From assembly GCF_001194135.2 (NCBI RefSeq), contig NC_068990.1:73811972-73875971 (forward strand): DNA of 64,000 nucleotides, in the 5' to 3' direction. Positions 38,130 through 51,778 of the stretch are shown piece by piece. The notes under the pieces were generated by a model, which was not told the origin of the DNA, did not search any database, and worked only from the letters and a program-made list of their open reading frames with translations. Both the position numbers and the translations under genes were made by a program. This stretch comes from Octopus bimaculoides. Taxonomy: Eukaryota. Within the stretch, counting starts at the first letter, position 1. Every line of letters begins with the position of its first letter.

Positions 38130-39050
38130 AATGAAAGTAGTTCAGCGTGGCATCAGGCGGTAAGAGAAATCCCTGGTTAACAAGGACGTTTAAGATGCCA
38201 TTCGAACAAAGAAGGAGGCTTACAAAGCTTGGTTTGGAAACAAGACTCCTCTTTTGCACAGGCGGTACATAAGTCACGAATAGTTGCAACAGAAACTATT
38301 TCCTAATTTTGTTTCATGACTTTATGAAATGGATTGATTTGCACAGTCACTATGGAAGTGGTATCACAATCAGTAAGTGCAGAGTCGGTTGGATGATATT
38401 TGCAGATGACATAGTGTTACTTGATTCATCAGAGGGTGATCTCCAGTGTAAACTCAATGGATTCATTGCTGAGCGCTGCAAACTAAGAATGAAAATTAGT
38501 GCTGCAAAGACTGAGACATTGTTCTTCTCAAGAAAGTCTTCTCAGTGTACTCTTTTGTTAGTAAAACATCACTGAGACAAGTGGAAAAATATTTCATGGC
38601 TGTATTTACGAATGATGGAAGGCAGGATGTTGATTTAGATGTTAGAATTCTTGGTACTGGCAGTGTAGTGCACCAGTTCCAGCTTTCGATCCTCAAAAGA
38701 AGAGAGGTTGGTAAAAAAGACAAACTTGCTATCTTCAATTCGGTTTTTGTGCCTATCCTCACCTATGTTCATGAATGTTGGGAGATGACTGAAAGAGGAT
38801 GACTGCAAATGCAAGCAGCTGAAATGGGGTTCCTTTGAGGGATCTCTAGAAAAACGTTATTTGGCAGGGAGCATAACTTGAAGATTAACAGGTTTCTACA
38901 GATCAAGCTGGTGCTTCTCCACATTTAGAGAGCACAGCTCCAATACAATTGATGTGCGATTAGAATGTCATAGGAATGAATAACAAGATAGATTCTTCAA
39001 GCTGAGCGAACTGAACTTAGGATCAGACTAAGAATGAGATAGTTAGATAA
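38130..39050 (+). mobile_element. RTE-clade (Rex3/Expander-like) LINE fragment with internal deletion
   Basis: SGGKRNPW...DAIRTKKEAYKAW jumps to FMKWID...IFADDIVLL..SEGDLQ, MKISAAKTE, FTNDGRQD, FNSVFVPILTYVHECWEMTER. Confidence 0.85.
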
Positions 39051-39062
39051 TACCTATATAAT

Positions 39063-39196
39063 TTAAGAACTAATATCATTTTCCGTTTCTTAAAAGACAA
39101 GTTCAGATGCATTTCTGTCTTATTTTGCTTCAACAATAAAAGTCTGAAACGTACATACAGAAGGAGTTATGAAATAAAAATCATGAATGAAATATG
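39063..39196 (-). repeat. Right arm of the inverted duplication (partner 35520-35662)
   Basis: See the left arm. Confidence 0.9.
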
Positions 39197-39487
39197 TATG
39201 CTTTTATATTTGCGGAGGAAAATAGATTTATTTAGAAGTAAAATAATTTACAAACAGACACAAAGGATCCTATATCTTTTGTGGAGGGAGGTGTATAATG
39301 CTCAAAACTTCCCAAGAGTTACTAAAAGTGTAAACATGTTGCAATTACTTCATTTGGAATTTGAGCTCATGTCTGTATATTAACTTGCAAAGAGTTTGTC
39401 ACTTACATCATAACAGCTCTTGTCACCAATTTTATTCAGCATTGATAAACAAGTTTCTGATAAACAACCTTACAAAAATCAATAGTT

Positions 39488-39522
<35 letters not shown>

Positions 39523-42500
39523 TGATATGCATATAGATATATACACACGTGTGTGTTTATATATATGTATGTATATGTGTGTATGTGTGTGTATGCTCAT
39601 TTGACTATATATATATATATATGTGTGTGTGTGTGAGTGTCTGTGTCTGTACATATACCCCACCACACATATATACATATATATATATAAACACACACAC
39701 ACATACATATGAATGTATGAATTATATTTGCTTGTCTGTAATTAAATTAATCAACTGGTACATATTTATTATGTTATTTGGTTTCCAAATAGAAACTAAA
39801 GCACACAATTAAATCAAATTTATTTTAATATCACACACAAAAGAATTAATGGCAAAAAGCATATGATAAGAAAAATTAATTAAGCTCCCCCAACCTTTCA
39901 AAAATTATATATATAAAGTTTATAAAAACAAATCTATAGGTGGACAATGGTCAATTTCATCTAAAAATGCTTAAAGTCAATATTTAAATTTCGTAAGTTA
40001 ATAAATGTCAGTTTAGCAAGTAAAAACAAAAACAGAAACAAAAAATCCAGCATCTTTAATTTTAATTTTAAAATATATGAACAAAAAAAAAATGATATCT
40101 GTGTTGTAAAATATGAGTTAAATATTATACCTTATTAGCTATAAAATATGGACTATATCTTGTATCACTTGTCTGAAAAATATTTAATAAATTCAAATGC
40201 AAATTTTATACCAAAAATATGATTTAGTAATAAGTTTTAAATTTAGCTATTTTTGTTCTGTTTACATGTATTTATCAATGTTGAAATGGGAGGTGGTATT
40301 AATTCTGTTAGAGCAGCTGTTTGTTTTTAGAGCTGGATGCCCTTATTTCCTCTAAACATACTACTGTGAATTAGGAAGAGAATGAATTTTTATTCGATAG
40401 GCATAACAAGGATAAATAGATTTATGTTCCTTGCAAAGAAACTCATTCATAATATCTCTGTACAGACAGAACCATCTCTAGAGTTATTGGCTCCTCCAGG
40501 AAGCTGAATTTTAATGCCCTTAGAAATGTATTTTTTGAAAAATTTTTGCCAGAAATAAAACCTGTAAAAGTAGAAATGAAGTATTTATTGTAATTTATTA
40601 AATACAGGAATAAAGAGATCATTTTATTTATTATTTTGCTCTTTTACAATTATTTCAAACATACCGATCTCAAGACGAAGAATCTCTAAGTTAATGATGC
40701 TCCAGGTAACTGTCTTAGTTGCCAGCACCTTTGAGCTGGCTCTGATATCAACCAGTATACATTCATATACATTTAGTGATTCTCTCATCAGCACTTTGCC
40801 AATTATGGTAAAATTTCTACTTTGTTGATGAAGTAATTAGAAGGCATAAATATGTCTAGAGTTGTCTCCCATACTTACCAAAATAATTAAATTAATATTA
40901 GTTTAATTTTGTATTAATTTCTTCACGTAATCATTTCTAGTTTAGTATTCTAATATTTCCAGCATTTCCAGCTATGTGATTAGCTATTGTCACGGTAGAT
41001 CTGCAGGTATATAGCCGCTCTGGTTATGACCTGAAAAGGAATTAAGCTCAACGCTTCAATCCAGCCAAACTGATATCAGTTTTGCAGTGCTATTACTTCA
41101 TCTGCAGCTGCTTGCTGTAATCATTTACATTAACTAACGCTGTTCACATACAGCCAAAGGGTATAATCATTGAAAATAAAGTTTCTTGATCAAGGACATA
41201 GTATTACATTGGAGATTGGCAACAGGATAATAACTGCTGAATATTAATGAACCAATAAAAGAGCCTTTACACAATCACTTGACCTGTTAGAATAACTGCT
41301 AAATCGCTTTCAAATCACATCTTACATTCTTAAACAGAAAATACATTGGGATAATTTAGTTTAAGATATATTTTGAAAGACAAGATGAGATGGAAATGGT
41401 TAGAACACCTTCCATCACAGGTCAGTTCAATCAGACAACCACTACAGTTACACTAAACTGTCTGGTACTCTAATTGAAAAATTTTACATTGAAAATCTTA
41501 GCAGTTGATTCATTCATGTCTGATACCATATTAACCTGTCCATATGTCACTGATATGGTTTACTCGATTATGAAAATATGATTTTAGAATCAATCATAAA
41601 ATTACCTTATCTTTCTCATTCAACAAAGTAAAAGTCAAAGAAGGAAACACACACATACACATATGCGCCCACACGCGCGAAACAAAAAAAAAAACATTAA
41701 AATATATCTTACTTTGAATTCTGAATCAGCACAAAAATATAAAATAAATTTGAAAATAGACATTTGAAAATATTTGAAAAGGTAAAAGAAAAGTAGTTTT
41801 CCGGCTTTATAAGTCATATACTTACCTGCATACTTACCTGTAATCATAAAATTATATTTGCAAAAAACAAAAGCAAAAACAAAACAAATATTTAGATTTT
41901 ATAAATATGAATACATACATAATACTCAAAATATGATTTACTAAATACTCAAAGTAGGATTTATTTAATACTCAAAATATGATTTGTGAATCAGTCTTAA
42001 AAAGTATCTTAGTTCTTCTGTTCAAATATATCAAAACTTATTTAAGTTCTAATCCTGTTAAAAACAGGAAAAGTAAATGTAAATATTTTTTTTCTTTTCT
42101 TTACATTTGAAAATATCTTTAAATATGAAAAGAAAAATGGCATTTTAGTTTTATTACTAATATATTTGCCTGAAATTTTCACCTAAAAACAAGAAACAGT
42201 TCCACTCATGACAAAACCTATTACCTTCTTGCCTATAACACTTTTGCATAAAACCTACAGCTTTATAATTCTCTCTCTTGAATATTGTCCACAAATAGAA
42301 TGCCATCAATTCTCATAAAGTAGACTAATATTAAACTAGCTGAAAATTCTTTATTGACCAGTACTGTATAATAAATACATTATAAGATGTGTAATCTTAC
42401 ACAGATCTGCAAATATTGGTTTGTTATGTCAAAGCACCAAGGAAACATGTGCTTGTCAGGGTGTTGTTCAATTTCCTATAAAAATACATTAATAGACATT

Positions 42501-42787
42501 ATAATGCTACCATAAACAGTGAAAAATGGTAAAAGATAAAAATACTTCTACTTAGAAATCTCTGTATTCACAGATATATGTTTACATAAAATGCGTACAC
42601 ACACATTTACAATATATTCATGCATACATACATACACACGCACACATATATATGTATGTATATATATATATATATATCATCATCATCATGTATATATTCT
42701 CACACAATGTGTGTGGGGCAATCTATAATCCCATGCTCACACTTGTTACATATATATATATATTTACATATATATATATATATATTT

Positions 42788-42868
<81 letters not shown>

Positions 42869-43840
42869 TACATATACATACAAATATTTGTGTACTAAAA
42901 TTTCTCTCTCGCTTTCTCTAACTCTTCCCCTCTTTGTCTTTCTCTCTCTTTTTCTTTTCATGTCTCCACATGCACATATGCACACGCATACATATAAATG
43001 CACATACCTACATATGTATATCAACGTGTACATACATCAATGCATACATACATACATCGATACATCAACATGTATTTCCTAAGAATACTTTTCACAATAT
43101 ACAACTGGTAGTGAATGCTCGTTATGGAATAAATGTAGACATTTCCATTTATTACCATTTACAAATATTTTCAATGTTTTCTTTAACATAACATCTAACT
43201 TGATGGGAAATTTGTCCATTGAGTAGAGAAACAGTTGTTATTCGACGGACACATTTTAATCCTCCTCCCATAACACCTTCATATCCATTCCACATCCATT
43301 CCACAAACAGCTCTCGTTAAACTATCATAAATGTCTGCATTCACTTCCCACTGAAATCTTGTGTTTATTGCAGCAGATTTTGGCATGAAGATTGGGGGTG
43401 GTGAAGAAATTGTTAAAATGAAAAATTTCAAATTACAAATGCAAGCATTAAATTCGAACATGAAATATTGGCTGATATATGAGCCCATTTCACAAATGAC
43501 GAGATATTGAGTTTTGAACATTGAAAAGAATATTTCTCCAAAGAGAAGAATAAATTCCTCCTCATAAAAGAATATCTACCAATACATTTTTTTTTTTATT
43601 TTGATATTTATTTACGTATTTTACCATCTTTATGCGGAGACAGATGGGCAATGATTATTATTATTGAATAAATCTTAAAGAATATTTAATGTTGCATTTC
43701 ACTTCGTATTTTGCTGCATCCTTCTACAACCAGTTGTTTGTAGGAATAGTAAATGTAGTGATTTAAAATTTGAAATATTTCATTCAATTAGGATTGATGA
43801 GATAAGTAAGTACCAGCAATATACTTTTATCAATTCAATA

Positions 43841-43898
<58 letters not shown>

Positions 43899-44302
43899 TT
43901 TTCCCGATAAACTAGTGCAATGATGAGGCAATGACAAGAAAACCTGTTACATGGTTTCTCAACCACCTAGAAAAAGCAGCCAAGTCTCCTTTGAATCAAT
44001 TCTGAGTATCAAAACAAAATGAACATAAAGGATAATATAGTTCTTAGTACATAATGCATGATATTTAAGAATGGATGAAATAAGAACTGGATAATGTGCG
44101 TGTGTCTGTGTGTGTGTCTGTGTGTGTGTGGTTAATGCAAACAATAGGTATGGAGAAAAAGAAAAGCAGAGGCAATGTTATAAGATTTAAGAGCAAAAGA
44201 ACTTGCTCAAGATGCTATGGAGTGGGACTGAACCTGAAACTATGTGGTTGGGAAATAAACTACTTACCACACAGACTGCTGTTAATACTTTGCTTAAAAT
44301 TA

Positions 44303-44520
44303 AGGTGGTGAGCTGGCAGAATCATTACCACACCTGGCTAAATGCTAAATGGCATTTTATCTGTCTTTATGTCTCAAGTTAGAATTTCACTGAGGTAGAC
44401 TTTGCCTTTTATCCTTTCAGAGTCAATAAAAAAGGATCAGTTGAAAAATTCTGGTTGCTGTAATTGACTTGCTCCCTCTCCTAAAATTGCTGGCCTTGTG
44501 CCAAAATTTGAAATCAATAT
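44303..44520 (+). mobile_element. SINE family B copy with probable TSD aata(c/t)tttgcttaaa
   Basis: Head 'ggtggtgagctggcagaatc'; flanking repeats at ~44284-44298 and ~44516-44530. Confidence 0.85.
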
Positions 44521-44549
44521 TTTGCTTAAAGTGTTGCATGTCGACATCA

Positions 44550-45100
44550 GCAAGAAAGACACGAACAGAACCGAGATTCCAGTGGAGTAGTATTCTGGGG
44601 AGAAAGGACTGAATACTGAATGTAATGGTTAGTGAGGAATGTGTATAAGAGGGATGAACGAAAGTTGGACGAGTGTGTCAAGAGTGCCAGAATAAACAAA
44701 CTCACAACTGACCAAATCTGAGAAACAGAGGCCATTAGAATAGCAGTATAGGAGCTAGTGTGGCCAAAAGCTGGAGCTTTTTTAGTGAGAATAAGAAGGA
44801 GCATAAATAAAAAGTATGATACTGCGTGAATTGAGTCATGGATATTGAATGTTTAAGAATGGAGATGGATAGAAAGAAATGTGTGTTTGTTTGTGTATAA
44901 TTCATAGCATGCATGACATTCAGTTGGAAGAAAGGCAGAGTAAAAGTGAGTAGGTCGCCATTAAATATATCGGTTAATGTATGCATAGGAGATGATTGTC
45001 GTGGTATAGACATGTAATGTAAATAGACAAGGCTAGGTGAGAAGAGGAAGTGAGTTGTTATTGAAAGACATACACATGGCAGAGGAATGCTTCTGAAGAC
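44550..45100 (-). mobile_element. Possible very old CR1/L2-like RT fragment
   Basis: The minus ORF LILTKKAPAFGHTSSYTAILMASVSQIW...QYSVLSP loosely follows PxxKKG..SNYRPIxLxS..SK...QYGF. Weak. Confidence 0.25.
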
Positions 45101-45225
45101 AAAGAGATGAGGTCACGATAGAAAATGCTGTCACTTATACACAAAAGGACAAAAGATGGAGACACATGGCAATTGGATGCTGTATAACAGATATGTTTAA
45201 TCTATGCCAGTATAGGTAAATAGAC

Positions 45226-45660
45226 ATGATGATGATGATGATGATGACAGTGATGGCTATGCTATTGATAACGATATTGAAGATGCTGCTGCTGCTGATA
45301 ATGATAACGATGATATTATGGTTGTTGATGTTGATGATAATGAAGATAATGATGAAGAGGAAGATGAAGATAATGATGAAGAGGAAGATGAAGATGATGA
45401 AGAAAAGGAAGGTAAGGAGAAGGATAGTGATGGTGGAAATTAGTGGTGGAATTGATGGTGGTGGTGGTGGTGGTGGTGATTGTGGTGGTGGTGGTTGTGG
45501 TGGTGGTGGTGGTTGTGGTGGTGGTGGTGGTGGTATTAGAGAAATTTTTGATGAGGATGGTAATCACAATGATGATAACATTAATATGATCATGATCATG
45601 AAGATGAAAGGAGTTTAATGGGGATGATGATGATGATGATGACGACGACGACGATGACAA
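45226..45660. repeat. (ATG)n/(GAA)n/(GGT)n low-complexity block
   Basis: Directly visible. Confidence 0.9.
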
Positions 45661-45841
45661 TGATTCTAAGACACTCACACACATGGCTAATTTCTACTTT
45701 GACATATGCAGATCCTAAAATATTCCTTTCTCATTGTCTCATTGCTTAGTCTCAAATCTATTCCCACCGTATGACACCTTGGGTAAGTGACTTCTACTAT
45801 AGCCCTGGGCCTACAAATACCTTGTGAATAGATTTGTAGTT

Positions 45842-46135
45842 CTATTTTTTTAAAGCTTAGAACTTATTCTATCAGTCTCTCTTGCTGAACCTTTAAGTTA
45901 CAGAGACATGAACCATCCAACACTTGTCATCAAGCAATGGTAGGAGACAAACACAAATGCAAAGATGTACACATGTGTGCACACATACATATGTGTGTGT
46001 GCGGATGGGCTTCTTCAAATTTCCATCTCCCAAATATTCAAATCCTCTCAAAAGGTTTTGCTCAGCTCAGGGTTATAGTAGAAGACTCTTGCCTAAAATG
46101 CCACTCAGTGGAACTGAGTGGAATCTCAAGAATTT
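45842..46135 (-). mobile_element. SINE family A copy (partial)
   Basis: 'gatgggcttcttcaaatttccatc...gactcttgcctaaaatgccactcagtggaactga' plus tail. Confidence 0.75.
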
Positions 46136-46689
46136 AGAAGCTTCAAGAGAGTGTGAAACAGTTCATTTTCTTTTCCTGTTTTTTCTTTTTTTTTTTTTTG
46201 AATAGTGAATATCAAAGCAGATAAAATAATAGTACATATCATCATCATCGTTTAACATCTGCTTTCCATGCTGGCATGGATTGGACGCTTTGACTGAGAA
46301 CTGGTGAACCAGATGGCTACACCAGGCTCCAATCTGATCCAATATTTCAAGAGGTGGGCCGCATGAGACATGATTCATCATTAGGTGAGCTGCACAACTA
46401 AAAATACTGAACGTACTTTCAATAAATGTTATTTTCCTTTAGAACTTAGGTGTGCATTTCAAAAGGTTTTGCAGACCACACAATGCCCATGACTCTTCCG
46501 AACACAATTATTATAGTACCCAAGTTATGTATTTTTGGCTAGTTAACTAAACATTGAAAATATTTCCTTCGTTCCTTTCTTCATTTATTCATTCATTCCT
46601 TCATTCATTCTGCCTTTCCACAAATCTGGTTCCACCAGTTATTCAATGGTAACTAAACTTGCTCCAGTGTTTAGATTTACATTTCGATC

Positions 46690-47050
46690 AAACACAACCA
46701 CTACCCCCATCCCCACCACCACCACCGCCGCCACTACCACCACCGCCACTATTACCACCATCACTATTACCACCACTATTACCACCATCATTAACGTCCC
46801 CACCCAAGACTGTTGTGATCAATATCATCACCATTTGCAATCATCGTCATTTGCGATCACCGCCATTGTTCGCCATCTTATCCTTCTCCTCTCCCATCTC
46901 TTCCTTCATGTCCCCTTCTTCCTCATCATCATTCATCAACATCAACATCATCATCATCATCGTCGTCATCATCATCTTCAGTAGTAGCTGCATCATCATC
47001 TTTACCATTGTAAATCACTGTTATCATCGACATTATTGCATTACTACATA
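46690..47050. repeat. (CCA)n/(CAT)n low-complexity block
   Basis: Directly visible. Confidence 0.9.
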
Positions 47051-47625
47051 CACACCACTTCAAAACATTTAATCCTATAATCTTGATGAAATTACTTCAA
47101 CGGTTATTATTGAAATTAATTCCTACTTAGTGTGGGTTTTGAAGGCCCCAGTAGACTCCTACTATTATTTAGCAGTGCATATAAATCTCCAATTAGCATT
47201 TACTTTCAAGAAAAACAAAACAAAATATGAAGCAATTATCAAATAAATAGATAAATATATAAATAAATAAATTCCGGAAAGCCAAGAAAAAAAATAAAAC
47301 ATTTATGCTATTATTTCATCAGTGGAATCGTTGTTTCAATAAATTCTTAAATTCCTACAAATTACCTTTTCCTTTTGTGTAAAGAAAAAGAAGAAAAGGT
47401 TAAAAAAAAACAAGAAAATTTTAAAAAAATTCTCGTTTTCTTTTGAGCAGTTTTTTAATGAATTCTCCATATTTGCAAGCACAATGGTTGCTTAGATATC
47501 AACAATCGGTATAACATGTGTGTGCGCGCATGCATGTGTGTGTGAGTGTGTGTGAGTACATATGTAGTATATATGTATATGTGCATGTATATAAATGTTT
47601 GTATTTATATATGTGTGTGTGTATT

Positions 47626-47662
<37 letters not shown>

Positions 47663-48472
47663 AATATACAGGGATTAGCATTGAGTTGCTTCTCCAACAT
47701 ACTGAAAATTTAGAAATAGCAGTCAAAGANNNNNNNNNNNNNNNNNNNNNNNNNNNNNNNNNNNNNNNNNNNNNNNNNNNNNNNNNNNNNNNNNNNNNNN
47801 NNNNNNNNNNNNNNNNNNNNNNNNNNNNNNNNNNNNNNNNNNNNNNNNNNNNNNNNNNNNNNNNNNNNNNNNNNNNNNNNNNNNNNNNNNNNNNNNNNNN
47901 NNNNNNNNNNNNNNNNNNNNNNNNNNNNNNNNNNNNNNNNNNNNNNNNNNNNNNNNNNNNNNNNNNNNNNNNNNNNNNNNNNNNNNNNNNNNNNNNNNNN
48001 NNNNNNNNNNNNNNNNNNNNNNNNNNNNNNNNNNNNNNNNNNNNNNNNNNNNNNNNNNNNNNNNNNNNNNNNNNNNNNNNNNNNNNNNNNNNNNNNNNNN
48101 NNNNNNNNNNNNNNNNNNNNNNNNNNNNNNNNNNNNNNNNNNNNNNNNNNNNNNNNNNNNNNNNNNNNNNNNNNNNNNNNNNNNNNNNNNNNNNNNNNNN
48201 NNNNNNNNNNNNNNNNNNNNNNNNNNNNNNNNNNNNNNNNNNNNNNNNNNNNNNNNNNNNNNNNNNNNNNNNNNNNNNNNNNNNNNNNNNNNNNNNNNNN
48301 NNNNNNNNNNNNNNNNNNNNNNNNNNNNNNNNNNNNNNNNNNNNNNNNNNNNNNNNNNNNNNNNNNNNNNNNNNNNNNNNNNNNNNNNNNNNNNNNNNNN
48401 NNNNNNNNNNNNNNNNNNNNNNNNNNNNNNNNNNNNNNNNNNNNNNNNNNNNNNNNNNNCTTCTTCTTTGTC

Positions 48473-48510
<38 letters not shown>

Positions 48511-48605
48511 CTTCTTCTTCTTCTTCTTCTTCTTCTTCTTCTTCTTCTTCTTCTTCTTCTTCTTCTTCTTCTTCTTCTTCTTCTTCTTCTTCTCATTATC
48601 AATAA

Positions 48606-48810
48606 GCTGGTGAGCTGGCAGAATCATTAGCATGCTGGGTAAAATGCTCAGCGGTATTTCATCTGCCACTGTGTTCTGAGTTCAAATTCCACTGAGATTG
48701 ACTTTGCTTTTCAGTCTTTCGATAAATTAAGTATCAGATGAACACTGGGGCTGATGTAATCGGCTTATTCCCTCCTCAAAAATTACTGCCCTTGTGGCAA
48801 ATTTTGAAAC
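48606..48810 (+). mobile_element. SINE family B copy, followed by (TAT)n
   Basis: 'gctggtgagctggcagaatcattagcatgctgggtaaaatgctcagcggtatttc...gttctgagttcaaattcc'. Confidence 0.85.
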
Positions 48811-48818
48811 TATTACTA

Positions 48819-48871
<53 letters not shown>

Positions 48872-48993
48872 CAGTCTTATTTTTATCATGTGCTTTCCCA
48901 AGTGCAGCTCTGTGTGCCTTGGGTATGTGCAATGGTTTGTTGTGGTGCTCTTATTTTCACTGCATTGAAAGTGTTTTACATGGGATGTGTGTA

Positions 48994-49052
<59 letters not shown>

Positions 49053-51547
49053 TATTATTATTATCATTATTATTATTATTATTATCTAATATCAATAGGA
49101 AGATATGTCACCTTTATCCCTTACCATGATAGCACATTTTCCTGATTAATCCTTTCATATATTTGTTTGACATTTTTTTTTCTTTTAATAAGCGAGTAAA
49201 CCCCCTAAAACCATAACTGAAGAACTATCTAATATTTGTTTTCTGACGAGATAAAATTCCTACTCTATTATTATCATCAATAAAGCAATTCTTTCATGTC
49301 TCTTGTAAGCATTATTTTCTCCCTCAAACCTAAATTTTAATAACAGAGATACGTCTCGTTCTAATTGTATATATTCTCACAACATTATTATATTACTATT
49401 TTATTCAAAGTCAATTAGGATCTGTCATAAACACTGATATACAATTCTTAAATACTGTAGTTTACCTCATATTTTCTTGTATTTTATTCTCTTCTAACTC
49501 AACGCAACTCAACTCATCTAACTGTTATATATCAATAACATGATATTTGTTTATACCTCCAATCAAGGCATTTACGTCTGGCAGCTTTTCATATTTTCTT
49601 TCATAATAATATTGGAACAAACCATGGGTTCTGTTATCAGCAAATAAATAATCTAGTTATATAAGATTTATATAAAATTTCCCCTTTCCTTCTCAATGGG
49701 AGTGGTGGTGGTGGTGGTGGTGGTGCTGCTGACATGAATGCAATTCTTTGTTTGTTACCTACTGTAAAAGCTACTCTAATGGATATGAAGTGAGAAAAGA
49801 TGATAAGCCTGTTCATCATCTTTCTTACCTGTGACCCATGTGTAAGCAGACATCAACACATCCGTATATTAATTTATATTTTTGCACTAATAAATAGCAT
49901 GTCAAATAGATACAATAACCAGATGAAATGCAAATTTAAAAGGCGACTTATAAATGAATGCCTCATAACATGTGGATATAATCATCAAGTACTTTATATG
50001 GGGCTGTGCAATTCAACAGGGCCTCAATGTTGTATTTAATTGGTTTTGTCTGCTTGAACAAGCACCTGTATTTATTTCAATATATTGGAATGTAAGCTAA
50101 TTGGCTACAACCTGACCAAAGCATGTTCTGCTTCAATGCAAATCTATATGAAACTGTCACAGCAAATATATAATGCAAGTTAGCATTAAGAAAAACAAAA
50201 TTTCCAACATATATCTTTCTTTCCCCTATTCATTTATTCAATCTCTTGTATACATTCTCCATCTGTCTCAATTTTCTTTCTTTTTTTCAGTTTTCATTCT
50301 TTCTTCATTTTCTATTTCCTGTTCATAATATGATTGTCATAGTTATTATTAGAATCATAACTTTAAGATTCTTTTTGGAATGGTTTGGATAAACTAAATC
50401 AATATAAATAATATACTTGATAATTCATTTTTTTTCTTTCATTCATGTATAATTATTTGATATATTTAGAAAGGATTTGAAAACTCACAGAGTATCAGCA
50501 CATCGTTTGTAACATTTATACAATTGTAACTTGATTGGCACATAAATTAATGTGTCAAGCTGCAAGAAATAAATAAATTGATTATGCTTTCTAAACATCT
50601 ATTTATGCTGTTTTATTATTGTGACCGAGTTTCTGCTTTAATAATTTTCTGGCTCAATCAGACATTTAGTGATTTGGAGAAAGTTTATCACAATTAACTG
50701 ACTCCAAAAAGATCCATTTTGCACTTTAAGGAGCAGAGTGTTAGCAGGCCAAATTTGAACTCAGAACATAACTAATTGTAATGGAGACCATAACATATGT
50801 CAGCTGATGCCTCAGCAGTTTCCTTAATTCCCCACCTTGGACTTGTACTTTTCTTATCAATCTTCAAAGGATAAAGATTGCAAGACAAATCTTTGGAAGA
50901 TTTGAACTCGGAGTGCTGAGTGCCAGAACAAACAACATAATGGTGTCTGTCCAACACTGTAACAACTCTGCCAATTTGCTGTCTCAGCTCAAATGACTAT
51001 AAACGTATGTATGTCATTCAGTTTTATTTCAAGATTTCTTGCCAGTAGAGAGTTTCTAACTTAGATCCAAGACTCCTTCGTATGTATGTATGTATGTATG
51101 TATGTATGTATGTATGTATGCATGTATGTATGTATGTATATATGTATGTATGAATGTATGTATGTATGTAGTGTGTGTGTATATATATGTATGTATGTCT
51201 CTCTTTTCTCTCTCTCTCTTTCTCTTTTTATGTATGTATGTATGTATGTGCATATGTATGTATGTATGTATGTATGCATGTACGTATGTATGTATGTATG
51301 TATGTATGAATGTATGTATGTATGTAGTGTGTGTGTATATATATGTATGTATGTCTCTCTTTTCTCTCTCTCTCTTTCTCTTTTTATATATCATCATCAT
51401 CATCATCATCATCTTTTAGCATCTGCTTTCCATGCTGGCATGGGTTAGATGGTTTGACTGGAACTGGTAAGCTGGAGAGCTGCATCAACTTCCAGTCTGG
51501 TTTGGAATAGTTTCTACAGCTGGATGCCCTTCCTATATAAATATATT

Positions 51548-51778
51548 TATTTCTTTATTGCCCACAGGGGGCTAAATATAGAGGGGACAAACAAGGACAG
51601 ACAAAGGGATTAATTCGATTAAATCGACCCCAGTGCATAACTGGTACTTATTTAATCGACCCCCAAAAGGATGAAAGGCAAAGTCAACCTAGGCGGAATT
51701 TGAACTCAGAATGTAAAGACAGACAAAATACTGCTAAAAATTTCGCCCTGAATGCTAACGGTTCTGCCATCTCATTGC
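51548..51778 (-). mobile_element. SINE family B copy with 16-bp TSD, inserted in the end of a family D repeat (51390-51530)
   Basis: The direct repeat cctatataaatatatt lies at 51532-51547 and 51779-51794. Confidence 0.9.

Noticed and set aside
43279-43521. 80-aa minus ORF and a plus-strand 'ADFGM' kinase-like word
   Set aside because: No other kinase subdomains or recognisable homology.
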